Source of the DNA: Bacteriovoracia bacterium
GTDB lineage: Bacteria > Bdellovibrionota > UBA1018 > CAIPTA01
Assembly (NCBI GenBank): GCA_050246755.1
Contig: JBFWVL010000001.1
Coordinates: forward strand, 1,198,486-1,262,485
Direction of reading: 5' to 3'
DNA length: 64,000 nt
The notes under the pieces were generated by a model, which worked only from the letters and a program-made list of their open reading frames with translations, made no database searches and was not told the origin of the DNA. Position 1 is the first letter of the stretch. The number at the start of each line of letters is the position of its first letter. Both the position numbers and the translations under genes were made by a program. Positions 30,766 through 40,191 of this stretch are shown here, in pieces.

Positions 30766-31161
30766 ATGAACCAGCACGGCGCAAAGGCATACCACAACAC
30801 CTCGGTCCAAACGGCCAGCAAGGAAAAAATCCTGTTGATGCTCTACGAAGGCTGCATTCGCAATCTAAAGAAGTGCAAGATTGCGATGGAAAACAAACAA
30901 TGGGCCGAAAAGGGCCAATACTTGGGTAAGGCTCAGGACATTATCAATGAGCTTTCGAACTCGTTAAACTTCGAAGTGGGCGGAGAGCTTTCTAAGCAAC
31001 TGGAAGGCCTTTATATTTATATTTTCAGCCAAACCACTCAGGCCAATATCGATAACGATCCAAATAAAATCGCTCATTGCATCAAGCTCCTGGAAACGCT
31101 CTACGAAGGCTGGAAAGAAGCCGTGGAAAAGCTAAAAGGCCCCGAAGGGAGCAAAAAATGA
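30766..31161 (+). CDS. fliS: Flagellar export chaperone FliS
   Basis: 131 aa; AYHNTSVQTASKEKILLMLYEGCIRNL...GGELSKQLEGLYIYI, the FliS four-helix pattern. Confidence 0.85.
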   Translation: MNQHGAKAYHNTSVQTASKEKILLMLYEGCIRNLKKCKIAMENKQWAEKGQYLGKAQDIINELSNSLNFEVGGELSKQLEGLYIYIFSQTTQANIDNDPNKIAHCIKLLETLYEGWKEAVEKLKGPEGSKK

Positions 31162-31598
31162 CGCACTTATACAAGCTGCTCGAGCAAAAGAACTACTGGT
31201 ACGGAAAATACCTTAATTGCACCGCCGCTTTCCAGGCCGCGCTTAAGCACGCCCCGGAGATTGCGCTCTCCGAGCTCGAGCTTTTTTACGGCAACCGCGA
31301 CAGCCTCCTGAAGATTTTAGAAGGCATAGACCAAAAAATCGATGAGCTATTGGCCACCCCGGAATGGCAGGCCCACCAGTACTCTTCCGAGCAAACCGCG
31401 CGTATCCAGCAGTTCATCCGGGAAAAAGATAACGCCGTGGAAAAGATCGTGGCCATCGATAAGGTGGTTATCGCCGAATTAGAGAGAATTCAGCTGGAAG
31501 GCCGAGGTAAGATGCAGTCTCTGCTTAGGGGAAAAAAGGCTCTTGCCAAATATAAGAGCGAGCCCAAACATAATGAAAAAATCGATAAGCGGGTATAA
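31158..31598 (+). CDS. Hypothetical protein in flagellar locus (possibly FliT/FlgN-like chaperone)
   Basis: ORF 31077..31598; start taken at ATG 31158 (ATGA overlap with fliS stop); ~146 aa, predicted helical and charged; no motif I can assign. Confidence 0.45.
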   Translation: MTHLYKLLEQKNYWYGKYLNCTAAFQAALKHAPEIALSELELFYGNRDSLLKILEGIDQKIDELLATPEWQAHQYSSEQTARIQQFIREKDNAVEKIVAIDKVVIAELERIQLEGRGKMQSLLRGKKALAKYKSEPKHNEKIDKRV

Positions 31599-32612
31599 AT
31601 GAGCCGGGATAAAGAAATCGAATTCAGTCAGAGCTTTGAACACCAAGCGGCGGTGAATAATTTGGTGGCCGAAACGTTTGAGAGCGCCGATGCTAGCGGC
31701 GGCGAGCAAGTATTTGAGTCCAATGGGCGCCTCAATACCTCCGTGCTCGTGCGTAACGCCAAAATTCTTTTGGCCGCCGGCGACGTAATCCTCGCCAAAA
31801 ATATTTTCCGCGCCCTCGTGGAAGCCGGAGAGTCGTTAGGCGTGGCTTATTCAGGCCTCGGAAGCTGCTATGAGCTGGAGAACAAGCCCGACCTCGCCAT
31901 CAAAGCTTACCGCGAAGCCATCATCTTTGAGCCCACCTATGGATGCCTCTACGCTCTCGCGGATCTCTACATCAAGCGCGAAGAATATCAAAATGCCGTG
32001 GGAACTTTGCTTCGCGCCCAGAACTTGAATCGCCTTTCTTCTACCCACTTATTCGAAATCCATAAAAGCCTTGGTAGCTGCTATATGCAGCTCTCCCAGC
32101 TCAATAACGCCGAAGCCCACTATCGCCGCGCCTACGAAATCAATCCCGGCTCAGATGCGCTTCACGTGAATATCGGATCTCTTGCAATGAAAAAGGGGGA
32201 TCTCTCTACCGCGCTTCTGCATTTTAAAGAAGCCACGCGGATCAATCCCCTCAACGGCGGCGCTTATACCGGTCTGGGCTTGGCTCATATCGGACTAGGA
32301 AACAGAGAGCCGGCTCACGAAGCATTTGCCAATTCCCTCCGCATTGATATTCACGATGTAACCGCGCTTTACCATCTGGTGAAGCTTGCCTACGAGCTCA
32401 AGCAGTTTGAAACCGTTTCCGAGCTCCTGAATAAATATATTCAGAACAACACCGTGAACTCGAATATTTTGTATAGCTACGCGGGGATTCTTTATCACCG
32501 CATGCTCTATAGAGAAGCACTGGAAGAATGTGAAAAGTTATCGGCCCTTAAGCCGGATCACGAAGGTGCAAAAAAAATGAAAGAGCTGATCCTGACGAAA
32601 TTATCAAACTGA
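31599..32612 (+). CDS. TPR-repeat protein
   Basis: 337 aa; repeated 34-aa helical units with TPR-like A/Y/G spacing (AYSGLGSCYELENKPDLAIKAYREAI..., AHYRRAYEINPGSDALHVNIGSLAMKKGDLSTALLHFKEATRINP). Confidence 0.65.
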   Translation: MSRDKEIEFSQSFEHQAAVNNLVAETFESADASGGEQVFESNGRLNTSVLVRNAKILLAAGDVILAKNIFRALVEAGESLGVAYSGLGSCYELENKPDLAIKAYREAIIFEPTYGCLYALADLYIKREEYQNAVGTLLRAQNLNRLSSTHLFEIHKSLGSCYMQLSQLNNAEAHYRRAYEINPGSDALHVNIGSLAMKKGDLSTALLHFKEATRINPLNGGAYTGLGLAHIGLGNREPAHEAFANSLRIDIHDVTALYHLVKLAYELKQFETVSELLNKYIQNNTVNSNILYSYAGILYHRMLYREALEECEKLSALKPDHEGAKKMKELILTKLSN

Positions 32613-32646
32613 AGAGTCAGGACGCCGGACAAGGATTGTTGGCGCT

Positions 32647-34185
32647 ATGAAAAATAACAGAATTGCCGTTCGCGGCGACAATACACTCGAAGGAACGATC
32701 TCCTTGGCGCCCGCCATTGCGGCGCTTCGGTCCCGTTATCCCGAATCGGAGATCATCTTCGTGGGCAATGAGTCCATGCGTGAGGCGGCGGGCCTCTTGC
32801 CCGGAGTGAATGGTTTCTCGAGCGATTTTAATTCCGTAAATCCGGGCGCCACTTTTAGTATTTCGGGTCCTGCCGGATCTGAATCCGTAGACTGGAAAAT
32901 TTATCTCGAAGGTCCAGCGTTAGGCGCCGAGGGTAACCCCTATCACCACATTGATCTTCTCCGGAAGGTAATAGGAGCCGATTTGGTGGACGTGAATTTC
33001 GAGCTTATAGCTCCTTCCACCGACACCGGCCTTCTTCCGCCCGGATTACTGAGTGGCGAAGAAGGCCTGCGGATCGCGATCTGCGTTGGCTCACTGGAAA
33101 TCTCCGAACTAGAAGCGATTTTACAAGGCATATCCTCGCTCACCATTCCCCGCGAAGTATATCTAGTGGGAACCGTGAAGGACAAAAAGAAATCCTCCGA
33201 GATCATTTCTCGCCGTGATGGACAGCTGGCCATCCACGATCTATGCGGCCGCCTAACCCTAACCCAATTTTCGCAAGTGCTCCGTTCCGCCGATGTTTGC
33301 ATCGCCGGCCCCGGAGCCAGCATTCTCCTTAGCTCCGGTTACGGAACATTTACTGTATGTTTCGATAACCAACCCAAACGCGGTCCGCTGCACTATCCTT
33401 ATGGCCATGGCCACCTAGTGATCCAGAGCGCGGCCGAGCAAGATTTCGCCGCCAGCATCGGGCTGCTTACGCGGGAAATTCTCGAATATGCCGTGAGTGC
33501 CAACACGGGTAGCGTGCCCACACTGGACCAATGGCAGGCCTTCGCCGATTCCCGCTTGGATGAATATTTGGGGAAAATCCGTCTGCTCGCCACGCAGAGA
33601 ATAGAGATCGTGCTCGACGAAGAAAAACGACTCACCGAGCTCTACCTGCGCCCGCTAATCTATCTCGGCTCGGAAGCCAGCGACGTGATGGAAACCTTTT
33701 ACCGTTTACTGTGGGAACATTCGCTAAATGCCCGTACGCTCTCCAGCGAAGATATCGAGATGCTGCATCAGGATACGGTGGCTTCGATCTGCACGCTGCT
33801 TGCTCCCCTAGAAAAACTATTCGAGTTATCGAAGTTCGGACATAGCTATTGTCAGCAGGTGAAGAAGGCGCTTATTGCGGGAGACGTGGGTCTAGCGCAG
33901 CAAGAATCATCGAAAGTGCAAGAAGTAGAAGAGTTGGTTTTTCAGCTAAGTGAAAGTTTTCCAGCTCTTAGCGCACTTTGTGCGTTTCATAGGAAGAGCC
34001 AGGCTCATATTCCTGAACTCGACGCGGTGGATATGGCGGAAGAAATGTCGGACGTATTCGCCGACCTCCAATCTCGAGTACTCGTGGTGCTCGACTTGGC
34101 CAAAACTTTGTTCCATACTACTTTCCAGAAAGAGTCCGCGCAGCTAGCGGAATCCTCTCCGGTGGAGGGCTTATCCGATGGTTAA
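32647..34185 (+). CDS. Hypothetical protein (N-terminal region weakly resembles a GT-B/heptosyltransferase-like fold)
   Basis: 512 aa; N-terminus RIAVRGDNTLEGTISLAPAIAALRSRYPESEIIFVG resembles the N-terminal strand-helix of GT9 enzymes, but key motifs cannot be confirmed by eye. Confidence 0.45.
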   Translation: MKNNRIAVRGDNTLEGTISLAPAIAALRSRYPESEIIFVGNESMREAAGLLPGVNGFSSDFNSVNPGATFSISGPAGSESVDWKIYLEGPALGAEGNPYHHIDLLRKVIGADLVDVNFELIAPSTDTGLLPPGLLSGEEGLRIAICVGSLEISELEAILQGISSLTIPREVYLVGTVKDKKKSSEIISRRDGQLAIHDLCGRLTLTQFSQVLRSADVCIAGPGASILLSSGYGTFTVCFDNQPKRGPLHYPYGHGHLVIQSAAEQDFAASIGLLTREILEYAVSANTGSVPTLDQWQAFADSRLDEYLGKIRLLATQRIEIVLDEEKRLTELYLRPLIYLGSEASDVMETFYRLLWEHSLNARTLSSEDIEMLHQDTVASICTLLAPLEKLFELSKFGHSYCQQVKKALIAGDVGLAQQESSKVQEVEELVFQLSESFPALSALCAFHRKSQAHIPELDAVDMAEEMSDVFADLQSRVLVVLDLAKTLFHTTFQKESAQLAESSPVEGLSDG

Positions 34186-34792
34186 TTTAGTTATTAATGG
34201 CAGAAGACATGAGAAAGAAGAAACCGTTCTCTTTGGTGAATTCCTGAACGGTCTCAATAAAGACTTGGCGTCGCGAGCGCAGGTTATTTCTATATTAAAA
34301 ATCGACGGCCAAACCATCGACGAGAAAAATGAAATTAGCTACGCCATGCGTGCACTGGGCCAAATCGGCAAGATTGAAATCACCACCGTTGATCAGTTGG
34401 AGCTCGCGTTCGAGGCCCTTACTTCGGCCAAGGCCTACAGTAAAAAACTTATCTCTTATTGCCGGCTAAATGCTCAAAGCTATAAGACGGGTAATATCAA
34501 AGAAGCCGATAAAAATTTCGTGGATCTAGTAGAAGGCCTCGAGAATCTTACGCAGCTAATTATGGCGTCGCAAAGCATTCTGCGCGGCAAGTACCGCGGG
34601 ATTCACACCAATGATTCCTCGCTTCGTATCGCCCAGGTGCGCTTGGTTTCGGCGATCGAAGAATTACTTCCCGCCAAACGCGGAAACGATCACCAAATGC
34701 TCGCCGATATTCTCGGCAATGAGCTACCGGACGCTCTGCTCGAGATGGCCGAATATGGTATCCCGGTGCTGCAGCGGCTGCGCACCTCCTAA
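34178..34792 (+). CDS. Hypothetical protein
   Basis: 204 aa ORF overlapping the upstream gene by 8 nt; no recognizable motif. Confidence 0.45.
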   Translation: MVNLVINGRRHEKEETVLFGEFLNGLNKDLASRAQVISILKIDGQTIDEKNEISYAMRALGQIGKIEITTVDQLELAFEALTSAKAYSKKLISYCRLNAQSYKTGNIKEADKNFVDLVEGLENLTQLIMASQSILRGKYRGIHTNDSSLRIAQVRLVSAIEELLPAKRGNDHQMLADILGNELPDALLEMAEYGIPVLQRLRTS

Positions 34793-34795
34793 AAG

Positions 34796-36760
34796 ATGCC
34801 GGCCTCTCTTCGACTAAAACTGGTAGGCGAAGGGCCGGAAATCGATAGCATCGAGAACTCTATTCGCGCGGCGTCTATCGCCTACCAGCGATTTCCCGAA
34901 ATCGAGGGCGCCTGCGAAAGCCAAGAGCTGGAACCGGCAGAAATTTTCTTGCTTAGCCCTTCGCTTTATTTTCAATCCCACCTAAGTCAAATTTCGAAGC
35001 TAGATCGTGCGCCCGAAGTCCTACTGGTGACCGGAAAGAAATTACCGAACTTAGCAAAAATTTTGGTTCCTCATCCCATTTATACCAATTGGGGCCCCGG
35101 TGAAATCGACTGGCAAATTCAGCGAGCCGCCGAATTCCACCGTCGCAAGCGCCGCCTAGACGCGCTTCGCGATCATCACAAGCGAAGCTGGAATTTAGAA
35201 TCTAATCCCGCTATCAATCTCGTAACGAATTTGATGCGTAAATGCACCATGGCCGAGGAATATCAGGATCTACTCACCGCGGTGCTCACGCTGCGCTCGG
35301 TAATTGACTTTCACGACTGCTGCCTTGTTACGCTCGATGGGGACCAAAACCTAATTGAAGGCTGGCACTGCCCACGAGAATCCAAAGAACGCTTTGAACG
35401 TATTGATTTAAGTAAAGCAGAGCCGCAGGTTCTCCGTTCCCTAGAGGAAGGCACTGCCCAGCTCTTTAGCACCGAGCAAGCTGGAAAATGGGAAAAATTC
35501 ACCAAGCACCCTTGGAGTTTCGGCATGGCCATGCCTTTCTCCGTGCACGAAAGCCCCCGCCGCTCAAAGGCTGCTAAATCAGCGGTACTTCTGCTTTTTC
35601 GTCGGGAACTGGTGCCATTCGTGGAGCGGGATGTCTGGCTGCTGGAGCTCACCTATGGCCCGCTAGCGCTCGCCCTGGAAAAAATCGCGATGCTCAAGGC
35701 CATCGGTCAGGCGAGCAAAGAATGGCGCGCCACCTTCGACGGAATATCCGAACCGCTTACCGTAATTGACTCTACCTACCAAATCGTGAAAGCGAACAAA
35801 GCATTCGCGGCCCTAGTAGACCAAGACTACAAGAAACTTAAAGGGAAGCGTTGCTATTCTTTACTTGCCAACCGTCGCACCCCCTGTGTCGGATGTCCCG
35901 TCGGCATGGGAACTCAGCCGCAGGGTGGTTCTCGCGTGCAGCTGCAAGGCAAAATCCGCAAGGATCTTCTGGTTTGGTCTTACGGCATTCGCACCGGCCT
36001 GGAATCTTACCAGTTCCAATTTTATCGTAACGTTTCCAAAGAAACTGCGTTGGCTTCTACGCTTATCCAATCCGAGAAAATGGCGGCGCTCGGTCGCCTA
36101 GTGGGGGCGGTAGCGCACGAATTAAATAATCCCCTCGCCGGAATCTTAGCCACCAGCCAGATTCTTCTGCAGGAAGGCAAAGAAGACGGCCTGGATGCCG
36201 CCACGATGGATGATCTCGAAGAAATTCGTTCCGCTGCCTGGCGCTCCAAAAAGATTATCGATGATCTTCTCGGTTTCACTTCCACCGAGGAACAAAAACT
36301 CGTGGAAGCGAACTTGCTTGATGCCGTACGCTCAGCGCTCACCTTCTCCAAGGCCGCCCTGAAAGACGTAGCCGTTAAAGTGCATTCAGAAAAAGTCGTT
36401 CCGCGCGGAATCGTTTCTACGCACGCCCTGCAGCAAGTTCTCTTCAATCTGATCACGAATGCCGCCCAAGCCATGAACGGAAAGGGGGCGATCGAGATCT
36501 CGATCCGCGGCGAGGACGAAAGTTACCGCATCGACGTAAAAGACTCCGGGCCTGGCATTCCGGCCGAAAAATTGAAAAATATCTTTGAGCCCTTCTTCAC
36601 GAGCAAGCAAGAGGGAATGGGTACCGGCCTCGGGCTTTCCATTGTGCGCCACCTTACCCAAAAAATGAATGCTCGCCTCGAGGTAACGAGCGCCCCGGGC
36701 AAAGGCACTTGTTTCAGCATCTTCGTTCCACTTGCTCCTTCCCCCGAGGAAAAAGCATGA
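34796..36760 (+). CDS. Sensor histidine kinase with cysteine-motif sensory region
   Basis: 654 aa; H-box VGAVAHELNNPLAGI, G-box GTGLGLSIVRHL, and a CYSLLANRRTPCVGCPVG cysteine cluster in the sensory region. Confidence 0.8.
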   Translation: MPASLRLKLVGEGPEIDSIENSIRAASIAYQRFPEIEGACESQELEPAEIFLLSPSLYFQSHLSQISKLDRAPEVLLVTGKKLPNLAKILVPHPIYTNWGPGEIDWQIQRAAEFHRRKRRLDALRDHHKRSWNLESNPAINLVTNLMRKCTMAEEYQDLLTAVLTLRSVIDFHDCCLVTLDGDQNLIEGWHCPRESKERFERIDLSKAEPQVLRSLEEGTAQLFSTEQAGKWEKFTKHPWSFGMAMPFSVHESPRRSKAAKSAVLLLFRRELVPFVERDVWLLELTYGPLALALEKIAMLKAIGQASKEWRATFDGISEPLTVIDSTYQIVKANKAFAALVDQDYKKLKGKRCYSLLANRRTPCVGCPVGMGTQPQGGSRVQLQGKIRKDLLVWSYGIRTGLESYQFQFYRNVSKETALASTLIQSEKMAALGRLVGAVAHELNNPLAGILATSQILLQEGKEDGLDAATMDDLEEIRSAAWRSKKIIDDLLGFTSTEEQKLVEANLLDAVRSALTFSKAALKDVAVKVHSEKVVPRGIVSTHALQQVLFNLITNAAQAMNGKGAIEISIRGEDESYRIDVKDSGPGIPAEKLKNIFEPFFTSKQEGMGTGLGLSIVRHLTQKMNARLEVTSAPGKGTCFSIFVPLAPSPEEKA

Positions 36761-37116
36761 AAATTCTAGTGGTAGACGATGAAAAAATAATTTCTAGCAG
36801 CCTCCAGCGAGTGCTTACTCGCGCTGGCCACGAGGTAATGGTGGCAAATAACGGCGTAGAAGCATTGCGCATCATCTCCGAAAATAAAAAATTTGAAGTG
36901 GTTTTTCTGGATCTCCTGATGCCGGAAATCGGCGGCGCGGAAGTTCTGGATTTCGCGAAAAGAGCAATGCCCCAGGCTAAAGTATTGATGATGACGGCCT
37001 ACGGGGATCTATCGGTGAAAGAAGATCTAGTGGCCCGCGGCGCGCTCCGAGTGCTTGCCAAGCCCTTCGACGACATTACTTTAATTCCGCAAATGGTAAC
37101 AGAACTTGGGAATTAA
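36757..37116 (+). CDS. Single-domain response regulator (CheY-like receiver)
   Basis: ORF 36709..37116; start taken at ATG 36757 (ATGA overlap with kinase stop, GAGGA RBS); MKILVVDDE...VFLDLLMPEIGG...VLAKPF. Confidence 0.8.
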   Translation: MKILVVDDEKIISSSLQRVLTRAGHEVMVANNGVEALRIISENKKFEVVFLDLLMPEIGGAEVLDFAKRAMPQAKVLMMTAYGDLSVKEDLVARGALRVLAKPFDDITLIPQMVTELGN

Positions 37117-38639
37117 AAAATCGCGGCCTTTTTCACGGTGGCGATCAGCGCACCCGGAAACAAGCCATAGTTAATCGTGAGAAATATGCAAATCGCGATT
37201 GCCAGGTAGGCAAAGTTAGATTTGCGGAATACCAGACTGGGCTCAGTTCCCTCGCTCATATACATGAGCACCACGAGGCGCAGGTAGTAGTAAACGGATA
37301 CGGCGCTCGTGAGAACGGCGATCAATACCAGCAGGCCTTCACCCGCTTCGAGGGCGCCCGAGAACATATAGTATTTTCCCACGAAGCCCGCGGTCGGCGG
37401 AAAGCCTCCCAGACTGAGCAAGAAAATCGTCAGCGCCGCGGCCACCCAGGGGTGGCGTTTTGCAAGGCCGGCCAGGCCCTGCGTGGTGAGCGCGCCGTCG
37501 GCTTTGCCGGCGAAGAGCGACATCAGGGTGAAAGCCCCGATATTCATCGCCGAATAGGCCACTAGGTAGAAAATAATTCCCGAATATCCCACCCAGGGAC
37601 CCGCCAGTAGGCCCACCAGCAAATAGCCCGTGTGGGCAATCGCCGAATAGGCCATTAGCCGCTTTAGGTTCGTCTGCATTAGAGCCACGAAATTCCCGAT
37701 GAGCATGGTGGAAAGAGCAATCCACCAGAAGATCGTATGAATGAGATGAAATGCCTGCACGTGAGCGCCAATTCCATCCACCACCCCGTGTACCTGAGGC
37801 CCCCAAAAGGCATGCCCAACGCGAATCAGCGCTGCAAATACGGCGGCCTTCAAAGCGGTGGCCATATAGGAGGTAATGTTCGTAGGCGCGCCCTCGTATA
37901 CGTCGGGGGCCCACATGTGAAAAGGAGCAGCAGCAATTTTAAACAAGAACCCCACGAGCAAGAACACGAATCCCGCGATCAGCAGAGGATTCGAAAAGGC
38001 ATCGGGTTGGGCGGTAAGGGCCTTCGAAATATCCACGAGCTTCGTGGTATTCAGAGCACCGTAGATCAGCGCCATTCCGTAGAGATAAATCGCAGCGGAA
38101 GCGCCGCCCATCACGAAATATTTTACCGAGGCTTCATTGCTGAACGCATTCATGCGGCGCATGCCCACGAGCACATACACCATGAGGCTCATCAGCTCGA
38201 GCGCCACGAAAAGCATGAGGAGTTCTTCCGAGCAAGCCAGCAGCATCATACCGAGAGTGGAAGCGAGCAGGATCGGGTAAAATTCGGCGAAGTGGATCTC
38301 GCTTTCGTCGAGGTAGGAATAAGAGCCCATCATTACGAGTAAAGTGGCTCCACAGAGAAGCACATTAAAAAAAGACGAGAAGTAGTCGAGTACGATTGCG
38401 CCGCCAAATACGCGGATGGGCTCCTGCACCCAATGGAGTTCCGTCCAAACGATGGTCATCACGAGTGTAATCGCCGAAAAGATAAAAAGCGGAAGCTTCT
38501 TGCCCGGGCCTTCGCCGAAGTGGACGGTAGCCAAAAGCATCGAAAGCATAATTCCCAGCGTGAGAATTAGGTACGGGCCGAGCGCCATCCACTGGGCCGT
38601 GGAGAGCACCAAGTTTTGTGGATTAATTATAGTGAGCAT
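37113..38639 (-). CDS. nuoN: NADH-quinone oxidoreductase subunit N
   Basis: 508 aa polytopic protein; LFKIAAAPFHMWAPDVYEGAPT motif; last gene of the canonical operon. Confidence 0.9.
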   Translation of the reverse strand: MLTIINPQNLVLSTAQWMALGPYLILTLGIMLSMLLATVHFGEGPGKKLPLFIFSAITLVMTIVWTELHWVQEPIRVFGGAIVLDYFSSFFNVLLCGATLLVMMGSYSYLDESEIHFAEFYPILLASTLGMMLLACSEELLMLFVALELMSLMVYVLVGMRRMNAFSNEASVKYFVMGGASAAIYLYGMALIYGALNTTKLVDISKALTAQPDAFSNPLLIAGFVFLLVGFLFKIAAAPFHMWAPDVYEGAPTNITSYMATALKAAVFAALIRVGHAFWGPQVHGVVDGIGAHVQAFHLIHTIFWWIALSTMLIGNFVALMQTNLKRLMAYSAIAHTGYLLVGLLAGPWVGYSGIIFYLVAYSAMNIGAFTLMSLFAGKADGALTTQGLAGLAKRHPWVAAALTIFLLSLGGFPPTAGFVGKYYMFSGALEAGEGLLVLIAVLTSAVSVYYYLRLVVLMYMSEGTEPSLVFRKSNFAYLAIAICIFLTINYGLFPGALIATVKKAAIF

Positions 38640-40182
38640 CGGGAATAGCCTTTCTCAGCAGGGCGGTCTCTTCGGGTGTAGGCACCGAAATGCGCTTCGT
38701 GAATTCTTTTACGGAAGGTTCCATGTGCCGGAAGAAGGTCTTAGGAAAGAGCCCCATATAACCAATGAGGAAAATCAGCGGGAGAAGATAAGCAAACTCT
38801 CTCCAGTTGATATCCGTTAGGCCTTCCGATTTTTTCGCGTCCGGCACGCCGAAAAGAATACGCTGGGTGAGCCAAAGCATATAGACGGCACCGAAAATCA
38901 CCCCCGTAGCGGCCAGGGCCGTCCAGTAGGGGTGCGCGAGGAATCCACCCTGCAGAATGAGAAATTCGCCGATGAAACCATTCGTGCCCGGAAGCGCGAT
39001 CGAGCTGAAAGTTACTATGAGCCACACGATCGAAAAGAAAGGTAAAGTTTTGGCGAGACCGCTATACGCAATAATCTCGCGAGTATGTTTACGCTCGTAG
39101 AGAACACCTACCAAAAGGAAGAGCGCGCCGGTGGAAACGCCGTGATTCAGCATTTGATAGAGTGAGCCGGTGATCCCGATTTGATTTAGGGCGAAAAGAC
39201 CAAGAATCACGTAACCCATATGAGACACGGAGCTATACGCCACCAGCTTTTTGATATCGTCTTGCGCAATGGCCACAAAGGCACCATAAACGATCGCGAT
39301 CGCGGCAATACCCATCATCCAAGGAGCAACGATCGGCAAAATAGAAACCGAAAGCGGCATCGCGAAGCGCATGAGTCCGTAGCCGCCGAGCTTCAAGAGA
39401 ACGCCCGCTAGAATCACGGAACCTCCCGTTGGAGCCTGCACGTGGGCGTCCGGCAGCCAAGTATGCAGAGGGAAAAGCGGAACCTTGATTGCAAACGCCA
39501 AGGTAAAGGCCAGAAAGATCAGCCCTTGGGGGGTCATCATGTGTCCGCCGGCAAGCTGCAGCCTTAGAATATCTGGCAAGTAGGCCGAGTACCCGCCGAA
39601 CTGCGCCTTCGTTTGGAAAACTAAATAGATAATTGCCACCAGCATCGGCACGGAACCGGCGAAAGTGTAGAGCAGGAATTTCTGGGCCGCGTAGATCTTG
39701 TCTTTGCCGCCCCAGATTCCGATCAAGAAAAACATGGGAATCAACATCGCTTCCCAGAAAACGTAGAAGAGAAAAAGATCCAGCGCGAGGAAAGCGCCGA
39801 GGATGGTGCTTTCAAGCATCAGCATGAAGAAAAGGTATTTCTTGATGTCTTTCTCCACGGCGTGCCATGCGGACAGTACGATGATAGGAATCAAAAATGT
39901 CGTGAGTAAAATCAAATAGAGGCTGATGCCGTCGATACCCAGCGCGTAGCGAGCTCCGATCTGGGGGAGCCAGTCCATTTGCGAAACCATCTGCAAACCG
40001 GCGTTGCCTATGTCGAAGTTTTTATACATGCAAATTGAAAGGGCAAAAATCGCGGAGGAACCGATAAAAGCGACCCAGCGCACGGCCACTTCTAGCTTGG
40101 AAGGAATCAAAGCTACGATCACGGCCAGCAGGAGCGGGCTAAAGACCAAGCAAGAAAGAATATGTTCAGAAATGCCCTGCAT
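38623..40182 (-). CDS. nuoM: NADH-quinone oxidoreductase subunit M
   Basis: 519 aa; FAIKVPLFPLHTWLPDAHVQAPTGGSV motif. Confidence 0.9.
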   Translation of the reverse strand: MQGISEHILSCLVFSPLLLAVIVALIPSKLEVAVRWVAFIGSSAIFALSICMYKNFDIGNAGLQMVSQMDWLPQIGARYALGIDGISLYLILLTTFLIPIIVLSAWHAVEKDIKKYLFFMLMLESTILGAFLALDLFLFYVFWEAMLIPMFFLIGIWGGKDKIYAAQKFLLYTFAGSVPMLVAIIYLVFQTKAQFGGYSAYLPDILRLQLAGGHMMTPQGLIFLAFTLAFAIKVPLFPLHTWLPDAHVQAPTGGSVILAGVLLKLGGYGLMRFAMPLSVSILPIVAPWMMGIAAIAIVYGAFVAIAQDDIKKLVAYSSVSHMGYVILGLFALNQIGITGSLYQMLNHGVSTGALFLLVGVLYERKHTREIIAYSGLAKTLPFFSIVWLIVTFSSIALPGTNGFIGEFLILQGGFLAHPYWTALAATGVIFGAVYMLWLTQRILFGVPDAKKSEGLTDINWREFAYLLPLIFLIGYMGLFPKTFFRHMEPSVKEFTKRISVPTPEETALLRKAIPDAHYN

Positions 40183-40191
40183 GTAGCTCTC

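Noticed and set aside
37339-38342. 191-aa and 201-aa ORFs antisense or out of frame within nuoN
   Set aside because: Arg/His-rich low-complexity translations inside a confidently identified membrane-protein gene.
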